Shown here: positions 50,799 through 57,624 of the stretch, in pieces | Position numbering within the stretch: the first letter of the stretch is position 1 | How the letters are laid out: the number at the start of each line of letters is the position of its first letter | Sequence record: MW021758.1 | Length of the DNA stretch: 64,000 nucleotides | Reading direction: 5' to 3' (one strand) | The notes under the pieces: model-generated | What the model saw: only the letters and a program-made list of their open reading frames with translations | Databases searched by the model: none | What the model was told of the DNA's origin: nothing | Program-made: the position numbers and the translations under genes

Positions 50799-51169
50799 TA
50801 TTGAATTCCTGAGATAAAACGTTTGAGGAAGGATTGATCGACGGTAAAATCAATCATGGATTCGGAAAGGATGAACTTAACAGCCCCGCCGGTTAAACGA
50901 ATAATGGTGAGCGAGTCTTCTACAGTCTCGCCAGTTGGTTTAACAGCGAATACGCCGACGGTTGTCTCATCGCGCACCATAGCGTATTCAGCCAGATGGT
51001 CGACAGCGTGGGAGTTGAGCAGTACCATGATGTACAGCGATCTCAGATCAGGTACGTCTGAACGTTGGATCGTGGCTGATTTGTAGTTACCAAAGATCAT
51101 CTTCGCACTCCATGATTTTACGATATTGGTTAGTCCACGCACCCGGACGATACTTAAGGAAGGAATCAA
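50798..51169 (-). CDS. Hypothetical protein (start uncertain)
   Basis: 123-aa ORF that tiles the operon. Confidence 0.55.
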   Translation of the reverse strand: MIPSLSIVRVRGLTNIVKSWSAKMIFGNYKSATIQRSDVPDLRSLYIMVLLNSHAVDHLAEYAMVRDETTVGVFAVKPTGETVEDSLTIIRLTGGAVKFILSESMIDFTVDQSFLKRFISGIQ

Positions 51170-51629
51170 GATCGTTGAGATCTTTTTGATTCCACTCCGT
51201 TGTTTCAGTAATGCTCAGGTGAAATGCGCTTAACCGACCATAGTCAGTTAACTTTGAAATTTCAGCAATGACCATTTCATTGAACCGAGCCAGCTTTTCT
51301 TCCCGTGTTGGTTTAATTTGTTCCGGGGGAAGTTCCGGCCCCTCTGCTTGAGCGGTAACGTAATCCATGAAGGCCTGTACCAACTTATCGTTAGCGGCTA
51401 CGATAGAGGACTGATTTAAATCTTCAACGATGATGCGAGTTTCTGCACCGCCACGAGTGATGATGCGGATATCGTTGAGAGTACGCGGTACAGCGATATT
51501 AGCCGGTGCGATCATGGTCACTTCGGCTAAGTCTACTACGCCACCTCGTTTCCAACTTTCACCAAAGATGTCCTTCAGCAGAATAAATCGTTTAGTCACG
51601 TTAAGCTCCTTAAATTTATTAGCGGCCAT
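51087..51629 (-). CDS. Hypothetical protein
   Basis: 180-aa ORF. Confidence 0.65.
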   Translation of the reverse strand: MAANKFKELNVTKRFILLKDIFGESWKRGGVVDLAEVTMIAPANIAVPRTLNDIRIITRGGAETRIIVEDLNQSSIVAANDKLVQAFMDYVTAQAEGPELPPEQIKPTREEKLARFNEMVIAEISKLTDYGRLSAFHLSITETTEWNQKDLNDLDSFLKYRPGAWTNQYRKIMECEDDLW

Positions 51630-51656
51630 TAAGACCGCTATTTCGGATTGGTAGAA

Positions 51657-52064
51657 TTAGTTTGCGTCGGTCAGGTCGAGGAATTCGATGCCCTGGAATA
51701 CGCACATGTTAGGATCAGTGGCTGAGGAGTTGGAGTACATCACGCGGATACGGGTTTCGAAACCACGGACGAACAACACTTTGAATTCGATCGGGTGAAC
51801 GAACTGCTCTTTGCGAGTTGGGTTGCGGAATGCCGCCGGGAAGGTAGGGTCGACCAGTTTCAGTTCAGCTTCGTAATCCAGCTGGTTCATTTCCTGGTAG
51901 GTGTTAGCCATAAGCTGCGCCTTCTGGCGAGCGTCGGCTACGCATGGTTTGGCGTATTTCACATCTGGAGATTTGTAGCCGTCTGCGGCATATGCGTTAT
52001 TGGCTGCGAACATAGCGCCGGTTGCGAATGCGATAGCTGCGATAGTTTTGGTGATGTTTTTCAT
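51657..52064 (-). CDS. Exported protein with a Sec signal peptide
   Basis: MKNITKTIAAIAFATGAMFAANNAYA-ADG has a basic N-region, a hydrophobic core and an A-x-A site. The mature part has two Cys. Confidence 0.75.
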   Translation of the reverse strand: MKNITKTIAAIAFATGAMFAANNAYAADGYKSPDVKYAKPCVADARQKAQLMANTYQEMNQLDYEAELKLVDPTFPAAFRNPTRKEQFVHPIEFKVLFVRGFETRIRVMYSNSSATDPNMCVFQGIEFLDLTDAN

Positions 52065-52074
52065 TTGTATTTCC

Positions 52075-52743
52075 TTAGTTTTCGATTGGTGCGATTAATT
52101 TACCGGCGTCTCTGCCGCGTGCTTTTCTCTTAGCGTTCATGGTTAAGGTGATTAAACGTTCGATAACTCTAGACGAATTATTGATCGCTCCCTCATTTCC
52201 ATTCACGTTAAAGTTCAATACTGCCCACTGCGCTTTCTTGGCTGTGATGTAATCAAACATCTTGCCGCTGATCTTTAAACACTCTTCCAGGTCGTTTCCT
52301 TGATTGGAGTTTACTACTCCATATTCCTTTAATACCACAGTTGAACAAATCAGGATAAATCTGGAGCAGTGTTTACCTGGGCCTTTAAACCACTTCTTCA
52401 TCTCTTCTTGGTCTTTGAAGAAACGGATATCGTTTATCGACCTCATCGGAGAATAGTCAAGGAGTTTATCTTTATCCTTGTTAGCTATTACGTCCAATCC
52501 TAATTCAGTCGGTTTAGCATGACTGAATTCTTTACCGTCAAGGTGATCCTCTAGGGATTCGTAGTTACCTTTAAACTTATCTGCGAGCCCTTCTATTTCA
52601 GGACAAGCGAACATGGTATCGATCTTAGATTCGATTACCATCGAAAAGATCAATGCTTCGAAGAACGGATTATTCTTAACCCATTCTTTTATCTTAGCCC
52701 GTATACCCGCTGGGTAATCGAACTTAACTATTAGATTGCCCAT
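52075..52743 (-). CDS. Hypothetical early protein
   Basis: 222 aa, first gene after the TATATTAC motif. Confidence 0.7.
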   Translation of the reverse strand: MGNLIVKFDYPAGIRAKIKEWVKNNPFFEALIFSMVIESKIDTMFACPEIEGLADKFKGNYESLEDHLDGKEFSHAKPTELGLDVIANKDKDKLLDYSPMRSINDIRFFKDQEEMKKWFKGPGKHCSRFILICSTVVLKEYGVVNSNQGNDLEECLKISGKMFDYITAKKAQWAVLNFNVNGNEGAINNSSRVIERLITLTMNAKRKARGRDAGKLIAPIEN

Positions 52744-52777
52744 CTGACATTACCTACTAATGGCCTCTATCATGGTA

Positions 52778-52791
52778 GTAATATATACGTG
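52778..52791 (-). promoter_or_regulatory. Early promoter motif CACGTATATATTAC
   Basis: About 35 nt upstream of the 52743 ATG in a divergent intergenic region. Confidence 0.7.
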
Positions 52792-52845
52792 AATACTTTT
52801 CGAGATTTTCTATGTCTAGGCTAATCAACTATCGGGTAAACTGTA

Positions 52846-54771
52846 ATGGGCATTCTTAACCCAATTCGTTCTTTAATTGGTTCGGTTAAGGTCGTGGAGA
52901 GTAATGGGAAGATTACTGTTTCGGCTTTGAAAACCAAGAACATGTTTGCGGACATCTATTCTCTGTGGCGGACAAACAGGATCGCCAAATCGATGTTCAT
53001 TAAAGTCTCTCCCTACGAGATTGAGTTTTATAGTTTCTTCGCAGTAGAGTTCGTTTACATTGTCGACAAGTTATTGGAGTTCCCTAAGTTAAACAAGACC
53101 TCCAAACGATCTCTGGTGTCCGTTAAAAACGCCATGTTAGAAAATACCTGGCTGAAGAGTACTCAAGAAGAACACGATCCAATCCTTAATCGTTCTAAGT
53201 TATCATTGTTCAAATTCACGCCTAAGGAACACCAGGATGAGTTCTTTGATAAATACGATAACGTAGTACCAAGATTCCGTCTTCGTGGCTATACGTTGGC
53301 TATGGGAACTGGTACTGGTAAGACCTATACCTCGTTGGCTCTGTCCCAGATGTTAGGGTCAGACTTCACGATTATCATAACACTCAAACGTGCGGTTTAT
53401 CGTGTTTGGGAAAAGTCGATGAAGGAAGATTTTCGTAATCCTCCTAAGTACTGGATCTACGATCGGGACAAAGAGTTAAAAGGAAATCCCCCTCCTTTCC
53501 TGATCTTCCACGTAGAAGACCTACGTTATTTCAAAGAGATTGCGAGTAAGTTCCGTGGTAAGAAAGTCACGCTAATACTCGATGAATCCCACACGTTGAA
53601 CGAAGAGACAAGTGGTCGAAATAACATCATGTACGAAGCATGGAAGATCATCGAACCCATGTCGACTATTTGGGCATCGGCAACCCCGCTTAAGGCATAC
53701 GGTACTGAAGCGATCACCATGCTAAGGACAATCGATCCGCTCATGAACGATGATGTTGCAGAGGCTTTCCGTAAGTTATACGGTAAGTCCAGTAATAAGG
53801 TATTCGACATCATTAGTCATCGTCTGGGTAATATCGTCTTCAAAGCTGAGGTTGTTAAAACCGAACCTAAGATCGAACGTGTCCCTGTTAAGATACCCGA
53901 CCCAACTCCTTTCTTGTTGACTACTCTCAAGAAAGATATGGAGAAGTTTATCAAGGATCGTTTGAAGTACTGGGAAGGTCAGCGAGGTAATGCTCTGAAG
54001 TATTACAACGAGTCCCTTGCCATCTTTGAGAAGGCGTTGAAGAGTCCTCAGCAGAAGCAACAGTTCGCGCTTTATCGTAAGATGTTCAACGTGATAGTTA
54101 AGACTACTGATTATCCTAAAATCCGGGACACTATCGTATTTGTTAATAAGTACGAGAAGAATGTTCTTTTACCTGCTTTGGATAATGAACGTAGGAAGAA
54201 ACTGCGATCCTATCTCTCTGTAATCAAGTATGTTGAATTGAAAGTCAGAGGGGAGTGTCTTGGGTCACTTGTATCCAAACGGCGTGAGGAAGCAGTTGAG
54301 GCAGTTATGCGTCATGCTAAAATCGAGAAGTATATCGAGGAGGCTGAGAAGAAAACTGTCGTCTTTACTTCGTACGTTAAGGTAGTTGATGAGTGTGCCA
54401 AATATCTTAAAGGTAAAGGCATTCAACCACTGGTAGTTCACGGTAGTTCTGAAGGTACTGCTGATAGTGAAGTCAAGAAGTTCGAAACGGGTAAAGAGCG
54501 GGCGATGGTTACTACATTCCAATCTCTTTCCAGTGCCGTACCGATGACAATGGCAAATACCATCCTGGCATTGAACGTGCCGTTCCGTAGCTACAACATG
54601 GAACAAGCGATAGGTCGTATTGACAGGATTGATCAGGACGCTCCTACGTTCGTATTTGAGTTCGTCTTAGATACCGGTGACCAGGAGAACATTAACTCCC
54701 GTACATTCGATATTCTCGAGTGGTCTACGGATCAGGTTAACTCCATGCTCAATATTCCTGACGGCGTTTAA
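52846..54771 (+). CDS. SF2 (SNF2/DEAD-like) helicase
   Basis: Motif I MGTGTGKT, motif II LILDESH, motif III SATP and motif VI QAIGRIDRIDQ. Confidence 0.85.
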   Translation: MGILNPIRSLIGSVKVVESNGKITVSALKTKNMFADIYSLWRTNRIAKSMFIKVSPYEIEFYSFFAVEFVYIVDKLLEFPKLNKTSKRSLVSVKNAMLENTWLKSTQEEHDPILNRSKLSLFKFTPKEHQDEFFDKYDNVVPRFRLRGYTLAMGTGTGKTYTSLALSQMLGSDFTIIITLKRAVYRVWEKSMKEDFRNPPKYWIYDRDKELKGNPPPFLIFHVEDLRYFKEIASKFRGKKVTLILDESHTLNEETSGRNNIMYEAWKIIEPMSTIWASATPLKAYGTEAITMLRTIDPLMNDDVAEAFRKLYGKSSNKVFDIISHRLGNIVFKAEVVKTEPKIERVPVKIPDPTPFLLTTLKKDMEKFIKDRLKYWEGQRGNALKYYNESLAIFEKALKSPQQKQQFALYRKMFNVIVKTTDYPKIRDTIVFVNKYEKNVLLPALDNERRKKLRSYLSVIKYVELKVRGECLGSLVSKRREEAVEAVMRHAKIEKYIEEAEKKTVVFTSYVKVVDECAKYLKGKGIQPLVVHGSSEGTADSEVKKFETGKERAMVTTFQSLSSAVPMTMANTILALNVPFRSYNMEQAIGRIDRIDQDAPTFVFEFVLDTGDQENINSRTFDILEWSTDQVNSMLNIPDGV

Positions 54772-54778
54772 ACATTAT

Positions 54779-54806
54779 ATAGGGAGAGGGTTTTCCCTCT
54801 CCCTAT
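54779..54806. terminator. Terminator between convergent genes
   Basis: ATAGGGAGAGGG-TTTT-CCCTCTCCCTAT. Confidence 0.85.
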
Positions 54807-54812
54807 GTTTGC

Positions 54813-55013
54813 TTAGTAGGTGCTGAAAGAAGAACCGCTGCACTTTGAACAGATAATCCGATCTTCGGGTTTACTGTCTTTGTAATAGCTTACGGTTAAC
54901 TTCTCTTCGCAGACATCACATTTAAACTTGAGTCCTAGCCCGGTATAATTAATGAGCGTACCGACGCTCAGTTGACTTTTCTCTACCGCAGTAATCCCAG
55001 GGAAGATAATCAT
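54813..55013 (-). CDS. Small zinc-ribbon protein
   Basis: 66 aa with CDVC and CSKC and an AGGAG RBS. Confidence 0.7.
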   Translation of the reverse strand: MIIFPGITAVEKSQLSVGTLINYTGLGLKFKCDVCEEKLTVSYYKDSKPEDRIICSKCSGSSFSTY

Positions 55014-55027
55014 CGTTACTCTCCTAA

Positions 55028-55504
55028 TTAAGGTTTCATACAGAAGTACTTAGTCTGTTCCGAGAAACCGTATCTCTTGTAAAACTTAATGGCTCGTTTA
55101 TTTCTTGACTTGACTGAAAGTGACAATTGATCTACTTGTTGGATCTTGGCAAAGTTCCTTACTTGATCAACTAGTGCAGATCCATATCCAAACCCTCTGT
55201 ACTCTCGTTGTACGTACAGATAACATATAGAAAGCCACTTAGAACTAGCGTTAACTACTGCGGTCGTGTACTCAACGAAACCTACAGGATTACCCCTCAC
55301 AAGGAGCATTAGTATTTGAGTATCGTCCACCCAACGTTCCTCTAAGGTTTTACACTCCATCTCACGACTAAGGATATCTAAGTTAGCTGACTCTTTCCAG
55401 TAAGTAGCTTCTCGTTTATCCATAATCTGGATCATCTTAAGAAGATCTGATTCGTAACCTTTAATTGCCGGATCTTTAGGATTCAATGCCAGTATGAATT
55501 TCAT
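55028..55504 (-). CDS. GNAT-family acetyltransferase
   Basis: LYVQREYRGFGYGSALVDQV and LSVKSRNKRAIKFYKRYGF. Confidence 0.85.
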   Translation of the reverse strand: MKFILALNPKDPAIKGYESDLLKMIQIMDKREATYWKESANLDILSREMECKTLEERWVDDTQILMLLVRGNPVGFVEYTTAVVNASSKWLSICYLYVQREYRGFGYGSALVDQVRNFAKIQQVDQLSLSVKSRNKRAIKFYKRYGFSEQTKYFCMKP

Positions 55505-55520
55505 AACAGTTTCCCGTTGA

Positions 55521-55552
55521 AGAAAATAAAGAGAGGGGCCGAAGCCCCTCTC
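55521..55552 (-). terminator. Terminator directly after the ~225-nt structured RNA
   Basis: GAGAGGGGC-TTCG-GCCCCTCTC-TTTATTTTCT. Confidence 0.9.
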
Positions 55553-55777
55553 GATACCGACGCGCTGCGTCTTGTGCCGGGCGCCATTTCTGGGCCTTTA
55601 TGCACCTGGGGACTCGCAGTCCCCTATTTACTCCAGCCGGCTGCAACCTGCTCAGAGTTTGGTACCACCGATCGACTGGTAAACCCCTCGTAGCCCCACT
55701 CAATTAGAGTAATGACTACGCCAGACGTACACTACCCGATCGGCGGGATTCTTCAATAAAAAAGATGCGCTAGTATC
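55553..55777 (-). ncRNA. Candidate ~225-nt multi-stem non-coding RNA
   Basis: The ends pair (GATACTAGCGC/GCGTCGGTATC). Internal helices are CCGCCGATCG/CGATCGGTGG, CGTAGTC/GGCTACG, GGGGAC/GTCCCC and GCCGG/CCGGC. No credible ORF. Confidence 0.6.
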
Positions 55778-55838
55778 AATCGTTAGCGGACGATCTTAAA
55801 AAAGGTGACTAAACCTTTACCAGCACATCAAGTGTTCT

Positions 55839-56348
55839 TTAGTTAATCAGCCAAGTAACCGGATAACCTTTTACTTCTTTGGCCAACTTTCGGTAATACG
55901 CATTAAGATTAATCTTACTAGCAATCGTCGACGCGCCATCAAAGAAGACCGATGTGGCGTAGCGGTGACGTTCTAGGTCAGCGTTTAAGAATTCCCTGGC
56001 AGTGAAGCAACGATCGACTATATTGTCTTTGTCGCCATTAAGAATACCCCGTTCAACAGATGGTCCATATTTAAGACACTTGTCGAAAATGACTTTAGGG
56101 TATTTCTCAACATCCGCTAGGAAGTGTTCTTTAAAGTCGCTATTAATCAAAATTACAATTGAGTTACGATCCTCAATGAGTTTTTCGATAAGCCAATACG
56201 TAGACCCCGTTTGGCGAGGTGCCTTGAATCCTAGCGTATAAATTTCGGCTAACTCTTTTTCCCTGCTAAGCCCAAGACATGGGCCTGCATCAGGATCTAT
56301 TGAGTTTAAGAGTTCTTGCATGATCATATCGCGATTAAGGATAGTCAT
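55839..56348 (-). CDS. Small protein with a degenerate P-loop
   Basis: GFKAPRQTGST resembles terminase/helicase PRQxGK[T/S], and VFFDG is Walker-B-like. Confidence 0.6.
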   Translation of the reverse strand: MTILNRDMIMQELLNSIDPDAGPCLGLSREKELAEIYTLGFKAPRQTGSTYWLIEKLIEDRNSIVILINSDFKEHFLADVEKYPKVIFDKCLKYGPSVERGILNGDKDNIVDRCFTAREFLNADLERHRYATSVFFDGASTIASKINLNAYYRKLAKEVKGYPVTWLIN

Positions 56349-56383
56349 CGTAGAATCGTCCTATTAGTTTAACTTACTGGTTT

Positions 56384-56462
56384 TTAGGTACGCGGAATCC
56401 ATTCCACAAAGTCTTTAGGCAGCGGGCAGATGAATGCGGCCACTTGAGACTTACGTACCTAA
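56384..56462 (-). ncRNA. tRNA-sized three-way-junction RNA candidate
   Basis: 9-bp closing stem TTAGGTACG/CGTACCTAA, inner stem AAGTCT/AGACTT, and 3' hairpin GGAA-TGGA-TTCC. Confidence 0.45.
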
Positions 56463-56463
56463 T

Positions 56464-56590
56464 TGGGTGACGCCCCCAGGAATCGCACCTGGCTTTCCGG
56501 TGCTGTTGCCGCGATCTCGCCACAACAGTTGCTGGCACTTAGCCCCCACCGCGCCCAGCTGGCGCAGGCTGCTTTTTACGTGCAGGCGTC
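56464..56590 (-). ncRNA. tRNA-like RNA, copy 1 (acceptor stem + T arm + CCCA, ~90-nt structured insert)
   Basis: GACGCCT...CCAGG-TGCGATT-CCTGG-GGGCGTC-A-CCCA. Confidence 0.7.
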
Positions 56591-56700
56591 ATTGTTCTTT
56601 TAACCGACAAACAGAAGTTGTTTACCGATCAGTTTAACTTCCTCATGGTTTGGCTATCAAAAACCTTAAATAGTAGATAGCGATCTTCATGTTAGCTAAA

Positions 56701-56810
56701 TGGATTACACACCACAACACCCGATAGATGGTAAGTGGATCTCAGGTATGCGTTTAAGCCCTGACCTGTTGCACCCCGGTTGATTAACGTAGTGTGTAAT
56801 ATCGTACCCC
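56701..56810 (-). ncRNA. Candidate CCA-ended structured RNA
   Basis: TTACACAC/GTGTGTAA closing stem followed by T-CCA, with internal CAGGT/ACCTG. No clear T arm. Confidence 0.4.
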
Positions 56811-56892
56811 AGACATCTTCCGTTCTCAGGTAGTAACGGGGGCAGACCGCTATGATTAGTAGCAGTCATTTCACCGATCTCTTAGGATGTCT
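56811..56892 (-). ncRNA. Degenerate tRNA-like unit
   Basis: 7-bp AGACATC/GATGTCT. An 8-bp arm GACTGCTA/TAGCGGTC closes the 7-nt loop CTAATCA, and there is a CCGTT/AACGG arm. Confidence 0.45.
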
Positions 56893-56900
56893 ATTAACTA

Positions 56901-56986
56901 GATCGAGAGTAGGGATCGAACCTACGTAGTCTTACGGACGTATCCGCCGTCGAATTCCTCACTAGGTTTAAGTAGACTATCTCGAT
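56901..56986 (-). ncRNA. tRNA-like unit with a canonical T arm but no D/anticodon arms
   Basis: ATCGAGA/TCTCGAT acceptor, GTAGG-TTCGATC-CCTAC T arm, and inner stem TAGTCT/AGACTA. Confidence 0.55.
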
Positions 56987-56999
56987 AAAACGTTAAGAA

Positions 57000-57063
57000 G
57001 TCCTCACTGCAGATTCGTTTCACCACAGGTTGACTACAATCAACCTCCCTCTACAATGAGGAC
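57000..57063 (-). ncRNA. Candidate small structured RNA
   Basis: 14-bp stem GTCCTCATTGTAGA/TCTGCAGTGAGGAC (with G-U pairs) enclosing AGGTTGA/TCAACCT and a GGTGAAAC segment. Confidence 0.45.
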
Positions 57064-57067
57064 ATCA

Positions 57068-57193
57068 TGGGAGACACTCCTCCGAATTTCACGGAGTTAT
57101 AAAGGCTGCTCTAGCTAACCATTGGTCGCTATGTATTGGCTGCCAGTCCTCTTTTTCTGGGTGCAGTACCCAGGGCTTTGGGGGACAAGTGTC
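57068..57193 (-). ncRNA. tRNA-like RNA, copy 2
   Basis: GACACTT...CTCCG-TGAAATT-CGGAG-GAGTGTC-T-CCCA, with the same architecture and length as 56464-56590. Confidence 0.7.
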
Positions 57194-57287
57194 ATTGTTA
57201 TCGCACCCCAATTAACTGTATCTACCGTAACTTAAGTAGTAGGGAATTAAATGGGACGACTTTACCCGAACGTCTTCGGGCTTTGTT

Positions 57288-57366
57288 TGGGAACCTGAGG
57301 AAGGATTTGAACCTCCAACGGCCGTCTTAGCTGGACGGTGCTCTATTCAGTTGAGCTACTCGGTTC
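57288..57366 (-). tRNA. Atypical tRNA with a GCT anticodon (nominally Ser)
   Basis: Cloverleaf with D stem GCTC/GAGC, anticodon arm CCGTC-CAGCTAA-GACGG, T arm GGAGG-TTCAAAT-CCTTC and an encoded CCA. Several non-canonical features. Confidence 0.7.
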
Positions 57367-57373
57367 ATTGATT

Positions 57374-57458
57374 TGGTGGTAGGTGATGGACTCGAACCAT
57401 CGAAGCCCGAAGGCGACAGATTTACAGTCTGTTCTCGTTGCCGCTTGAGTAACCTACC
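57374..57458 (-). tRNA. trnY: tRNA-Tyr(GTA)
   Basis: GGTAGGT/ACCTACC acceptor, ACAGA-CTGTAAA-TCTGT, long variable arm, GATGG-TTCGAGT-CCATC, and A-CCA. Confidence 0.95.
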
Positions 57459-57472
57459 AGGAATTCGTCTTG

Positions 57473-57624
57473 ATTGGAGTAGGCGCGTAATGTCGCCTCG
57501 TGTTAGTTGCTCGCATCTATCATGCGCTACCTTTAAGGCATTCGAACCCTAAACCAACGCACTAGTGTGCGGAAGTTGTTCCACAACCCGGACGATTGAG
57601 ATCGTACCCTTAAAGCTCTCCAAT
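57473..57624 (-). ncRNA. Candidate ~150-nt multi-branched RNA
   Basis: Closing stem ATTGGAG/CTCCAAT, an 8-bp CTTTAAGG/CCTTAAAG helix, five hairpins and a GGTTCGAAT segment. Confidence 0.6.

Noticed and set aside
56434-57330. Short ORFs 56434-56637 (+) and 57136-57330 (+)
   Set aside because: They are antisense to the structured RNAs and tRNAs, and have no RBS or protein-like character.
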